The notes beneath the pieces are model-generated. The model was not told the DNA's origin and searched no databases. It was given only the letters and a program-made list of their open reading frames with translations. Made by a program: the position numbers and the translations under genes. Positions 1 through 13,100 of a stretch of DNA of 64,000 nucleotides are shown one piece after another. The stretch lies in contig NC_042999.1 in assembly GCF_006345805.1 (NCBI RefSeq), positions 108,686,001-108,750,000 on the forward strand. The letters are read 5' to 3'. The DNA is from Octopus sinensis (Eukaryota). Positions within the stretch are counted from its first letter, which is position 1. Each line of letters opens with the position of its first letter.

Positions 1-939
1 TTACCATGCTAGCGGTCTCTAAACTAAATCATATGTTTATTGCCCAATCAAGACAACCTCTCACATGCTTCTTACTGCCCTTTTGCTCTCCAAACTATCT
101 TGTATTTTAAATAAGCTAACTGTTCAGAGCTTCATCAATTGCATGCTAAATACCCTTGGCAATAAATGTGTTCCATTACTGATCTATCCTTGACAGCTAT
201 GCAGTTGATCAAAACCACCCCAAAGGAGCATCTATGTGATTATTCAATCTGCTAGAGATAGCAACCAAGTCTACTGCAAATCACTACCCCTACCACCAGC
301 ACCACATACTCTATTTTCAATAAGGAAAGGACATGTTACATAATGTTATACTACATACCACTAAAAAAATATGGAATGCTTTTTTGCCATAAATCTGCTT
401 GATAATAATTGACATGGGGCTATGCACAATGACAATAAAAACTATCTTCTTGGCTGTCTTCCTGGTCCCTTGTACAACCTTAAAACTCCAAGGGAGTCCA
501 CATGGAGATGTAAATGTATTGAATGCTGCCTACAACATCCATGAGGGGAACTCCTTCACCATCGCTGTTTCATATCATTTTTGATCAATTGTAATTTTTG
601 GCAGTTTTCTTCGTTGCTTCTTTTTAGTGTAATTTTCTTCTCGTTATGGTCCTAATTTTGATTGATCAAAACTATTTTCAACTAAATACATTCTTTATAG
701 TAACCTGTACTTTAATATATTTTTTTTCATGGGAAATTTTCCAATGCTGTAATACTTTAAATATGCCAAATCAAGGAATTATTTCACACTAAGCACTATT
801 ATATCCATTAGTTGGAGTAGCTTTGAGTGAACTCTACTTTTCTAAAATATTTAATATGACAAACATAAACAGAACTGTCAATCGATTAAAAATTATATTC
901 TGATCACCACTTTAAATATAGTAGCCTGCACTACATGCA

Positions 940-2400
940 GAGAGCACCTTTGGGAAAATTTTCACTCAAAGAATATGTAGAAATTGCATGGCCTGTGCCA
1001 AGCTCTCACAACTTCCTCAATTCAAGATTTCAGACATTATCTCCTAACATGGAAAAATCCTTACTCACAATTCATCAGTCAAGATGACCTTGTGTAAATA
1101 ATCCTCTGCAGATAACTTACCATATTTAATATTTATTTTGTACACTACAAAATACCTCCCAAACTCTCTTACTCAACTCCATGTCTCTAACACATTTTAA
1201 CCCATCATCAGGGTGACCTGTCCTAACAGCATTTTATTCTAAAAGTGTTCTGTTCATTACTCTCTCTGCACTCCACAACTAATTCCTTTTTCACCAAATT
1301 CTTTAATCTTTTGTATTTTTCTGTTACAGGGATCTGCCCCAACATATGCTAAATATGTGTGGGTGTATCCCAAGAAAAAGTAATCTTTCTGAAGCTGTCA
1401 ACTACCACCTTCTCTACATCACTTCACATCTTTCAAAAATTTTGGAATTGTTCACAAACAATTACTTCCTTTATTACTTTGGTTCTGTAAGGGAGAGGAC
1501 TGGCAGAATTGTTCATGCATTGGACAATTTCTTCCAACTCATTATGTTCTGAGTTCAAATTCAACCAGGGTTAACTTTGGCTTTTATCCCTTTGGAGCCA
1601 TTGTAAAATTGCTGGTCTTGTATCAAAATTTGAAACACTTATTGCTTTGGGTCACTCTCATCTACTCAACAATCAGCAATATGATTTTCCATAGTGCTTC
1701 ATTGTTAAACACCAATGATCTCCAACTCTTGGGAACTTTGAGAAAAGTAATGCAAACTCTCCTTTTCTAAGCAAATCTTTCAACATGTCAGGCACCTTGT
1801 AACTGAGTGTGTTACTTATGAGCTAAAAGTAATACTATTTTCTTGGATCAAGAGTTTGGTATTAAATTGTTTTATGAGAGATTCACATTCTATGAACCCA
1901 ATATTCAATTATGTCTCCGACAGCCTTCCTTTTGTATAACAATGACATATTTACTGAGATTTATCACATACACTAGTACACAGATAATAGCAGACTTCAT
2001 TGTTCCTTAACCAACAAAACACAGGCATTATCCACTTATAATCCAGAAACTTTTCATCCAATATCTGTTGATGCAATAAACAGAGACTTAACCTCGAAAA
2101 CATTGCCTTATATGGACATAACTTACTCTTTTTTTGTGTTGATACATGTAGTAACTGTGTCTTCATACTGTTGAAAGAGTTTTGTATTATAGCCTCCCAA
2201 TCATCACTCTGTCAAGCATTCCAATTTGCTAGAATGCCGGTCCTCATAACCTCTGCCAATTTCTCATGCTAACCTCACATCTATAGCATTACCAACACTA
2301 TGTGACATCTCTCTAGAACTCTAATTTCTGCCTATACCCACATTTTTTCTGCAAGTATTACATGCTCACATTATTTGCATCATCTCACCAATCTTAGATG
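940..2400 (+). mobile_element. Decayed non-LTR retrotransposon (CR1/jockey-group LINE) ORF2 reverse-transcriptase remnant
   Basis: ORF 1346-1552 contains IPRKSNLSEAVNYHLLYITSHLSKILE (cf. IPKKGD.S.P.NYRPI.LTS.LSK.ME). 1911-2010 reads MSPTAFLLYNNDIF...H*YTDNSRLH (cf. LSPTLFLLFINDL...HSYADDSTLH). Stops and frameshifts; interrupted by a SINE. Outer boundaries approximate. Confidence 0.7.
1495..1640 (+). mobile_element. Degenerate Meta-domain-type SINE (family B) nested in the LINE remnant
   Basis: ctggcagaattgttcatgca...gttctgagttcaaattc...ctttggcttttatccctttgg...ggtcttgtatcaaaatttgaaa matches the copies at 27027 and 39602. Confidence 0.65.
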
Positions 2401-4315
2401 ATCTACAAAGGTCATTGCAGAAGGCCCTTTTGTACTAATTAAACATAAAGAAAAAAAATCAAGAATATGTATAAGTTAAATAGTAAAAGTGAAAACATAA
2501 AGAGTGAAGAGGTGATAAAACGTTTATGTGGTTGCTCACTCACTTAGAAATGGGTAACAAATTTCCTTCAATGACATCTCACTGCACATTAGCCCTAGGT
2601 ATACAAAACAGATGAAATGGCTAACGCTGAATAGTCTTTGATCACAAGTTTGCTCAATTAGGGCTAGCATGGGGCTAAACAACAATGTAAACAGATTGTG
2701 AATTTCATATTGAAAAATTATTATTAATACCTTAGAGATAGCAAAACAGAGATAGGTTGAAGCTCCAAGAAGTACTTGAAATAAAGCCAGATCTAACAAG
2801 AACAAATGAAGAGGGTGAGAAGAAACATGCTATTCAGTAAGGGTGAAGAGATTATAGTTTGCCAATAACAACACATTTCCTTTTCTTTTTGTTTTTTGTT
2901 TTTATAAACAATCATGAAAAATCACTGAAGTAAATTTTGGTATTGCTTCATATTTCAGATCAGTAGTTCATTTGGTATTTTAATTCCTTGAATAGAATGA
3001 AAATCTTACATTTCAGTAATAGAGTGGAGATGTTCTCTGTTGCTATTTTAATTATTTAAGTATGGACATAGATACTAGAAACAGAAATATTTATCTTAGA
3101 CATAAGTTAGCAAAATATATTTGGGAACATTGAAGTATATTGACTTACATTTATATGTTTTATTGAATATTCTATATAATGCAATTGAATTCTCTAAAGA
3201 ATTACATATTTATTTTATAAACATGTTATATATTTATTTTATTAAAGTAAATCCATATAGTATCTGAAATTAATCAGAAAAGGACATGTAATCAATTATA
3301 AAACAGCCAGCTACAGTTGATAAATATTGAAGCCAAAGCATTTTCAAATATAAAGGCCAAATGACTCCATTCTTATGTATGTGATTTAATTTGATACATA
3401 GAAAAAGTTTTCAAATAAAATTTTAAAACACCAAAATCATTTTGATAGAGATAAAAATCTACACTCCAAATTACTTTGAGAAACCTAAAAACATTTTTAG
3501 TATTTGATGTATTTTATTGATTTAGATATTTTATCTCTTTATATTTGCAATCTGTAAATCCATAAAAATTTTGAGTGTGAAAAATATATGTAGAAATCTA
3601 ATTGCCATAATAAAAGAAATTTGCCAAGTTAACACATGCATTAAACACACATTCTCCTACTCACTCTCACATATACACACACTCTCTCTCCCTCTCTCCT
3701 CTACCAAAGCATCATTAACCAACAAAGGTTTCTATATGCAATGATTGAACATGCTAGAGGTATCAGGCAAAGCTCTCTCAACTTACAGAACACATTAGAT
3801 ACTGTAGTCTTAGATACATTGTCTGAATAAAAGATAGGATAATCATGGAACATCTTTTGATCAAAGGTTCACTTGACCAGGTATGACTTTGAAACTAAAC
3901 AGAAATACAGCAGAAAACCTACTACACTGTAGCCTCTATTGCTAGAAATATCAGCCAGATCTCATTCAAATCACAGATTTTCTTGTAGGTCTATTTAATC
4001 AGAGCTGACCTGTGGCTAAACAACAACAATAACAACCCTAATATTATTTACTAAAAGACTCACAAGTTCCTGTCATCAATCACAAAACTCCCATTGCCAT
4101 TACCACCATTCATTCATTATTCACATGTTCTTCTGTGAAATCTACTGGTGTTTCAAATAGAATAATTATAATATTGTGTGAAAAGCAGAGATGATATAGC
4201 CAGACATCAACTGACATCTATTTAAATCCTGTTGATTTTCTATTTCATTGCTAATTATCTAACAGCTGGAAATCATTTCAGTAGTAAATGTATAAAATCC
4301 AGATTTCATATATAA

Positions 4316-4520
4316 ATGGCTTAGTGGTTAGGGTGTTGGCTTCGTGATCATTAGATTGTGGGTTCAGTTCCTAAACTAGGTGGCATGTATTCTTGTGCAA
4401 GGTACTTCATTTCACTTTGCTCCACTCTACTCAGTTGGTACAGCCAACAGTCCTCTACATCATTAATGTTCTGCAAGATCAAGAGTAGGACGGCTGAGAG
4501 AGTATCTATGTCTGTTTGCA
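4316..4520 (+). mobile_element. tRNA-derived SINE (family C), degenerate
   Basis: A box tggcttagtggttaggg, B box-like ggttcagttcc, then ttcatttcactttgctcca shared with the 15905 and 33158 copies. Confidence 0.65.
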
Positions 4521-4577
4521 ACTACATAGGCACCTAAAACAATTAGCAAAAGCATGGTAATGTTACCTACTCATATT

Positions 4578-5140
4578 CACTTGTGATATATATATCATTT
4601 AATGTACATGGTATAAAGATACGAGGTACTAATACTAATGTCTAGGTAGGTTTTTACAACATGCCTTGTATCTCCCAACAATCTTTGGGCTCTGAGGACA
4701 TGGTTGTCTATTTGAAAATCAGGATGTAGGTTCATGAAAAATCTCTAGAAAAAGGTCAATGCAAAAAGTAAAAGGGTGAATAAAAAAGAAAAGAAAGAAA
4801 AGGAAAGTTGAGTCCCCTTTGACCGTAAAAGCCATAATAAACCTAGTTGTAGAATGATTCGATAGAACGGAGACCAAAGTCTGTGAGATTCTTTTCTTTT
4901 TCCATTTTTATTCACACTTCCACTTTTTGCATCAACCTTCTTGTTTTTTCTGGTGATTTCTCATGTACCAGCATCTTGATTTTCAAATAGAACAGATCAT
5001 GTGCTCAGAGCCAGCAGATTACTTGGTGACACAAAGTGTGTTACAAAAACCTGCCAAGACACGTGTTTCCACAGCAAGGAGCTATTAATAGCTTGTATCT
5101 TTATACTGTGTACATTAAGTGATATTTATATTTCACTGGA
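4578..5140. mobile_element. Foldback / long inverted-repeat element (MITE-like), arms about 225-250 bp, loop about 85 bp
   Basis: 4599-4622 matches the reverse complement of 5095-5118 at 22/24; 4708-4726 matches that of 4972-4990 at 18/19; 4761-4803 pairs with 4889-4930. Confidence 0.85.
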
Positions 5141-5204
5141 TAGTGTACTTTTTTTGTTGAGCTTATCTTAACAGAATGGTAAACTATATACTCATTTTTT
5201 TAAA

Positions 5205-5450
5205 GTTTAGTTCTTATTTTATCAGTCTTTCATGCCAAAACACTAACTTACAGGGACATAAACAAACCAACACCAGTTGACAAGCAGTGAAGGGTTAGAC
5301 ACACATGCACATACATGGGCTTCTTTCAGTCTCCATCTACTAATTCCACTCATAAAGCTTTGTTCAGCTTGGGAAAAAGGAGACACTTGCTCAAAGTGCC
5401 ATACAGTGGGACTGAACCCAAAATGATGCTGTTGGATAGCAAACTTCTTA
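5205..5450 (-). mobile_element. CORE-type tRNA SINE (family A), degenerate
   Basis: gacacttgctcaaagtgccatacagtgggactgaaccc is the reverse complement of the family A head/core seen at 7826. Confidence 0.75.
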
Positions 5451-6963
5451 GTAAAATGGTTTTTCTTTATCATCGAATTAAAAATCCTTAAATATAACAA
5501 ACCTAATAAGGAAGGAATTGAAAATACATGAAATGTTTCTCAAAATAAAGTTTTCCAATTTTTGCTGCTGAAACTCTATTATTTTACACAATGCGCAATG
5601 TTGACTTATAAAGTTAGCAATAAACACTAAAAAGATTGTATGTTTGGGTTTCAAATTTAAAATTGGAATGTCATATTTTCCAGCATGCGAGTCAACATAG
5701 TATATAGTATAAATATACACTATACAGAAATTTTGTCACCATCTTTCCAAATCCCGTACCATTTCACATGATGTTTTTGGTCCTCTAAATTCAATTTGGT
5801 GTATAAGTCAAACTACTTTTATTGTTGTAAATATTGGACTTAAAATCTTTGACTTGTATATGTGAGAATACAGAATAACTACTTCTTTGAACAAAACTCA
5901 GCATTTTTCTTCTAAATATTTTTTTGTATCATGTAAAGTTAATGCTCTGGAGAAGTAACTATTTGTCACCAGAAATCCCTTCAAAAAACGTCCAAACATT
6001 ATACTTAAAGTTGTACAAGAATGACAGATCATTTGAATATCTACAAAATCTCTCTGCTTATTCACTGACAGTTCTTATGGCTTCTAGTTTCTCTGTTAAT
6101 GTTTTACACAATTCCATGAAAACATTGATAGTGGAAGAAAATTAATTACGTTTCTGAGCCAATTCTTTGACAGTCATTGAATAATCTTCTCCAAGTGCAG
6201 GTCACTGTGTAGCTAATAATATCAATTTTTACATGTTTTCTAGAATATGCTGTATCTGAAAACTAATGACACCATTCTCAATTTTTCTCACATGCATAAT
6301 GTATATATATTTCCCATGATCTTGTGGAATGTTTTGTTGGGTCTGCTGACACTATTTACCAAAACTTTTAATGGATTATTTGTATATATAGTGAGGCATA
6401 ATATATCTTCCTAAATATAACTGTTTTAAACCTAACAAGGTTAATAAACGTGTTATTGGGATCAAATGCAGAACCACATCAGTGTAAAGTGAACTTCTTA
6501 ACCACACAGCTTTACTTACCTGTACTAGTTGGGAGGAATACAAATAAATGTCTTAATTCTACATCCTCATTAATGAGTTAACAAAAATACTGTACAAAAA
6601 CAATGTAGATAATTGACAAGAATAATCACTCTCGCATGTGATGATTGTATCTAGTCATGTGTATGTAGTGGGTTTGTTTCATTACCAGACAATTGTTCTC
6701 ATCATGTTTTTAGACAAATAAAAAACATTGGTGTATAGACACACACAAACATATTAACTTATAATTGCTTACAGACGCAACCTGCTTCTATCTTCTTGTT
6801 TTTTTTTCCTCTTCTTTTTTCAAAATAAAACAATTAAGAGATGAAACCAGGACACTGCTTGGTAATTGTAGCTTTCAGCTAATATGAATAAATATACAAT
6901 ACTCTACTTCAAAATAAATTAGTATTCAGTCTTTAATTCAAATTTGTAGTGTTATTCTCTAAG

Positions 6964-6994
<31 letters not shown>

Positions 6995-7825
6995 TGTATG
7001 TATGTATGTATGTGTCTGTGTGTGTGTGTGTATATATGTATATAAGTCATAATACACAGAACACATGATATATTCATTTGTGTGAGGAGTAATTAGATGA
7101 ATGCATGATGTATTTTCTAACTGTTTGGGCAACCAATCAATTCTCAATGACTAAACATATTTTGAAGTGTTTAAGAATATTTTTACTCAGACCAGTAAAG
7201 TTTATGTGCAATAAATTGGCTATACATCTACAAAACATGAAATATTTTAACAATTTTTATACAAGTCTTAATGATATTCAATTATAAAAATATTATAGGA
7301 TTTTTAAAGCAGTGAATGGTTATAGGAGTCTGCTCAAGGAAAATAAGAATCAATGGGATCCATAGGTAAAAAAATGGTTGAGAATCCCTGTTCTAGATGA
7401 TGAATATGATGGTGATTATATGTGTGTGTGTGATTATGAAGTTCGCTTTCCAATGACACAGTTTTGGGTTCAGTCTCATGGTGGAAGCCTGGGCAAGTGT
7501 TTTCTACTAGAGTCCAATACCAACCAAAGTTTTGTAAGTGAATTTGATAGAAAGAAACCAAAAGAAACTTGTCTCATATATATGTATATATGTTGATATG
7601 CGTTAGTTTGTGCCGCATGTTGATATCAAATGATAGTGGTGAATGAGTGTGTCTGCCATATAAGTTCTCACTCATTTCCTGTCTTCCATGGAAACATGTC
7701 TTATCTTGGAGAAATATTACCTTGCAGGGAAACAAGTGATGGTTGGTGACAGGAAAAGCATCTGGTCATCGAAAATTTGCATTAAATTCTGTGTGAGCCA
7801 TGCAAGCGTGGAAAAGTGAACAATA

Positions 7826-8217
7826 GGCACAGGAGTGGCTGTGTGGTAAGAAGCTGGCTTCACAACCACATGGTTCTGGGTTCAGTCCCACTGTGTGGCA
7901 CCTTGGGCAAGTGTCTTCTACTATAACCTCAGGCCAACCAAAGCCTTGTGAGTGGATTTGGTAGACAGAAACTGAAAAGAAACCCGTCATATATTTATGT
8001 GTGTGTGTGTGTGTATGTGTTTGTCCTCCCTACAATCACTTGACAACTGATGTTGGTGTGTTTCTGTCACTGTAACTTTGTGGCTTGGCAAAGAGACTGA
8101 TAGAATAAGTACCAGACTTTCAAAGAATAAGTCCTGGGGTTGATTTGTTTCACTAAAAGTGGTGCTCCAGTATGACCACAGTCAAATGACTGAAACAAGT
8201 AAAAAAATAAAAGAATC
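7826..8217 (+). mobile_element. Near full-length CORE-type tRNA SINE (family A, OR2-like)
   Basis: A box gtggctgtgtggtaag, B box gggttcagtccc, CORE-like accttgggcaagtgtcttc, internal (TA)/(TG) tract, tail gactgaaacaagtaaaaaaataaaagaat. Several homologous copies in the window. Family name is from memory. Confidence 0.88.
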
Positions 8218-9508
8218 AATTGATGATGGCAGAGACAAAGTGAAGAGTATTGGCCTCAGCATTTTATTTATTGACTGCTCCTACCCCATCAAAAAAAAAA
8301 AAAAAACACAGATTAAAGGTAAGGTTAACCCGAGGGAATTTAAATCAGAGTCATATAGCGCATGTTCAAAATAAAGCAAAAGCAAGGATAAACCTTCTAT
8401 GTCAGTTCTGAAACTGTTGGTGATAGCAGCCAAATTTCTCTCTTATGCACCATACCATAAAAGGAAGTTACATGATAAGCTGTACCTGAAAAATAAAGAC
8501 CTAGAAGACATAGAATAGAATGTTTATGGTCACAGGTTTGCTGGAAAGGGCCACTCAGGGGCCTTTTCAATACAAAACCTTATCTGATCATGTTGTATAA
8601 TTATTATCAAGCATTAGAAAGAGAACTAAAAGGGGAGTTTCTTCTATTTAAGTGATTAATGCTCAAATTGTTATTTAACCCCAGGTCAACACTAATCAGG
8701 AAAACTTTTGATTAAAGGCATTCCAATCATTACCAGCATATCTTTTATAGGTTTATTAACCTACATTAACTTTTTAAAACTAATTAGATAAGATTTAAGG
8801 TAGATTTGGTTACTATTTCTTGCATGTCTTCCAACCAAGTTGAAGTTCACTCTTTAGTTCATTCAAATGTATTCTGCACACATGGTTCTGAGCTATCACT
8901 AATAGTTATGTGTATAAACGTGTGTGTAAGTACATTAATGCAAATAGAAGTATAAATACAAATATACTTTTATACACACATACATTATGCATACTTGCAC
9001 ATATCTATATAGAGGGAGAAAGCTTTTCTATTAAACATATAATTACTTTTTGTGATGTACTTTACATATAGAGTAGTTGTGCTTAACGATAATGTTTGTT
9101 CACTTGAGTGTATGTGTGTGTGTAATTGGGTATCACATATTGTATATATTATTAACTTAAACAATTAAATAACATCTAAATATATTTTACTTTTGCTTAA
9201 ATTGATATTATATTGCTTACATACTGTTTTCTGGCTGTAAAATATTCAATTTAAAATTACCAACTGCTATTCAAATAATAGCAATTAAATTTAGTCTAAG
9301 TGAAAAATTTGCAGAAATATGGTTCAGTTGGAGGAAATGGACTTTTTTTCAAAAGTAATTATAAAAGGTATTCGAATATTGGGTTGGTTTAAGGAGCTAA
9401 GCCATTAAACTGAAATTAAATGCGGAAGCTTAATCTAGGATCCAGCAATCTCATTGGGCTAGTATGGAAATGATATGTCTGGCAACTCCAGGGAAATTAA
9501 TTCTTTAA

Positions 9509-9726
9509 CCCTTTTGATACCAACCCGGCTGAAACCGCCTCTGGCTCTGTAGTACAAATGCCTTGTTTTCATAAGTTTTGAATTAAAATCTTCCACCAAA
9601 CCTTAATCACAATTTATGTTCCTAATATCAGCTTAACAATAACTTATTTTACTAAATAATTTGTTGTATTTAAAATTAATTGAAATAAACACAGAGCATC
9701 TCAAAATAAATACAGTAACGAATGGG
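9509..9726. mobile_element. piggyBac-type MITE (218 bp)
   Basis: TTAA on both sides (9505-9508, 9727-9730); termini CCCTTTTGATAC ... GTAACGAATGGG form a 9/12 inverted match; non-coding. Confidence 0.75.
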
Positions 9727-9983
9727 TTAATATATTTGTCAGGTTTTTGAGGATATACACAACCTCCATAAGGGAAGATAAAATTATAAAGCAGTTCTAT
9801 ATTTCATAGCCTTTATCCAGGAGTGCATCTATCCAACCTTGACAAATCCTTACAATCTGAACTTCTTAAAGCAAGCGTAAAAGCACTGAAAACATATGTC
9901 ATGCAAATTGATAAAGGGCTTCTAAATTTATAACTACTGATATTTGTTTATTATTATCATTATTATTATTATTATAATCATCA

Positions 9984-10026
<43 letters not shown>

Positions 10027-10783
10027 TATTATTGTTGTTGTTAATTTGTTTGAAAAGGATTCCTTCAGTGTTGAATCTTTCCTCTGTTTCTAAAGTTCAA
10101 CCATTGTAGTATTATTTTCAGAAAAGACTTATCTCACATCTGTGTCAATTTCTTTTTTTATCTAGTTTGGCATACATGTAAAAAAAAAAGATATCTAATT
10201 TATTTATTTCACTTTTATACAAATAACACATATAAACTTGTATATAAAATTTCAAAATGATAAGTGACAAGTTGAGAATTTATGTTGTGTTAATCAGATA
10301 CTTTCGTTTATAGATAAAAAGAAATATCATTTTTTGTAAGGCAATTAAATCACTGATGTGCTAAGAAGGTTACATATGTAGTATGAGCAACTTATATTGC
10401 TTACTTGTCTTGTAAATAAGCCACATTTTATATTCTATTTCTGCTTATAAAGATGTGATAACTTACTTTCTCTTAGGCATGAGAGAATATATCTCTGGTA
10501 TAAGGCACTGAAATCACTATATGTACACAAAGATTCTGCTTAATTGTACTTTTTCGTGTGATCCACATATAAAAGTAGTGCAATTTAAGATATTTTATTA
10601 TTAAAAGTATAAAACAAACACAAAGAGCTCTTATCAAAAATAAAACAAAAAAATTGTCTGCAAACTTCTGTGTTACTGCTTTCTCATTTATTATTTTTCT
10701 CTGCGGACATCTGTTTTATATTTGGAAATGTACTTGAAGAAAGTGTTTTACAGTTGGATACTATCCCTTATAATAAATTATTA

Positions 10784-12133
10784 TTGGATTTATACCAATT
10801 TTCCAGTTAGACTAGCAGTTCTAATAAAGCAAATAATACATCTTAGTCAAGAGCATGTTTTAATATTGCAATATGCTCTAGAATCATGATACTAACCTCT
10901 TAGCTTTTAACGTTGAGTATCTAACAGCCATTTCTTTTTAATTAAAGATTTCTTCACATTGTTGTGGAGTTCCAGAACACATTTGTCATTTGAAGCTATG
11001 TCAAACTAGAATATCTTTATTGACAAGATCTTTTCCAGTACGCAAGGAAGAGAACTGTCAGTGGGCTCTTCAACTATTTTATGAATCTTAGCAGTATAAA
11101 AAGTTAAGTTAACCACAATGTCTTTAGGGTTTCTATTATAATTACATTCACCTCTAGTATATTAAATTGACCCCATTACTTCAATGATACTTTACTTTAT
11201 CAATCCTGAAATGATGAAAAGTAAAGTTGACCTCAACAAGATTTGAACTCAGAGACAGCTGAATATTGCAAGCATTTTGACTGAAATGCTAATGAACCTG
11301 TCTATCTGCTACACACTGCTATTTGATATCAGAATAATAAGGTCAATAACTTGATACAAAAATGCATTTAGGCTATCTAGCTAACAAGATAGATAAAATT
11401 AGAAATAGTAATATTTTTAAAAATAAGTTTACTGGTTAAATTTGTTTAAGATTGCAGAACATACCCTTATACATTTTTCTGCTTGTCAGTGCTTATTTTA
11501 TATAGATATTTCTGATTTGTGCATGTTAGAAAGTTGTTTACAAGCTTAGCATTGAATGAAAATCTTCAGTTTATAGCTAGTTTGGGAAAAATCCAATATT
11601 AACTTTGATATTGACCTTAAAGTATTAGTATTCTTTTCCATTGCTCCAAGTAAGAGATAACACAAAGATTCCTCATTAAATATTTATGTGGAATAAAAAG
11701 ATATTCTTTTGAAGATAAAATTAGAAATTTACATAATCACATAAAAAATATGATAAATCCAAACTGAAATAGACAAAAGCGATGCAATACACTTCCTTGT
11801 TAAATGATAGGCACGGTCTGCATTTCCTTCCTTGTTGATGACAAACGCAATATGATTTGCCCTTGACATCAATAAAGCTTTCAAATGAATTTAGCAATAG
11901 AACCTTGGAGCTAAGTTACATGCCAATAAACTCTTGCTCATCTCTGGTTGTTGGATTTATACCAATTTTTCAGTTCAACAAGTAGTTCTATTAAAGCAAA
12001 TATTATGCTTCAGCCAAGAGCATGTTCTAATATTATAGCATGGTTTAAATCTATGACAAATACTTCTTGGCCCTTTGGACACTGAATATCTGACAGTTAT
12101 TTCTATTTAATTAAAGATATCTTCATGTTGTTA
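10784..12133 (-). mobile_element. Two diverged copies of an approximately 180-bp segment, probably remnants of an RTE-like LINE reverse transcriptase
   Basis: 10784-10964 and 11951-12133 are colinear direct repeats, both starting ttggatttataccaattt. Minus-strand translation gives LG*SIIFALIELLVE...KFI*KLY...QGSVL (QGSVL at 11785-11799), resembling non-LTR RT motifs. The repeat is clear; the LINE call is tentative. Confidence 0.5.
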
Positions 12134-12399
12134 AAGAATTGGATCAGATATTTTTCCTATCAGACAGAACACTCCAGTGTGTGATAACTGGAATCTCTCA
12201 GATATATACTTTCTTGAATGTGTTATATTCCAGAATCAATTTATGTCTTTAACAGTCTTATTATTACTGTTACTTTTAACCATATGCAACACTATACAGA
12301 TAATAACACCCTTTAATTCTCTTTAAACCTTCACACATAATCTGTTGTAGCATGTTGGTGAATGAGTCTATCATTCTATAGATGTCTTGAGCTAAACTT

Positions 12400-13100
12400 G
12401 CACTGATTGTTCGAAAGAAAACTTTGAATATACTTAGATGACAACCTTATCTTCTACAGCATAATGTCATACCTGTTACACACGTATATATATATCAAGA
12501 AAGTATACAGGTAAAGCCCACAAAGTCACTTCAAATGCTAGAGCTCACATTCTTCAATGATTTCTCATGGCAACTGCATTTATAAAATTACCAAAAACAA
12601 ACCTTTATCCTTCAAATTGAGCTTCCTCTTTAGGCTCAGAAAAACTTCAGCCCTTATCAGTTGCTGACCTGCTATTAAGCTAATTTACACTGTAAATTTG
12701 AGTATTGTTCCTATATCTGAATTTTTATTATTGTCATAAACACAAACATTCTAAACTACACCCAGAAAATAGATATCAAACTGATTGGTAGACTCATTTA
12801 CGAATATGCTACAACCTACCTGATGAATGCACTGTTTCTTCTTTCTCTCTCCTAATACTACTACAACATCTGCTCCTAAAATAGCAAATTGAATTCCATC
12901 TCTACTCATTCCATTCAATGCACCTGTCCCTCCTTGTCTCACCATGACTAGATTATTTCACTTCTCCACACACCCTTCATCAAATAAAAACTTTGCTCAA
13001 TATTCTTTCATTTGAAAGTTTATTCCTGCAGACATCTACATACATAAGTCTATCATGAACATTATTAGCATCAATCTCATCAGTCCGGAATTGCTTTGTT
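12400..13100 (+). mobile_element. Possible highly decayed Ty3/Gypsy pol remnant
   Basis: IYLDDNLIF at 12428-12454 (YLDD RT motif), VKPTKSLQMLELTFF at 12511-12555 (cf. KP.KC.F...EL.FLG), INLISP at 13070-13087 (cf. integrase IDLVGP). Correct order but frameshifted and heavily deleted. Confidence 0.45.

Noticed and set aside
5672-5876. Possible pogo/Tigger-type MITE (gtataagtcaaa...gacttgtata)
   Set aside because: Only one end is recognisable; TIR pairing and TSD could not be established by eye.
7826-7900. tRNA genes at SINE heads (also 15905, 26098, 49229)
   Set aside because: A and B boxes are present but there is no intact cloverleaf and each continues into a SINE body.
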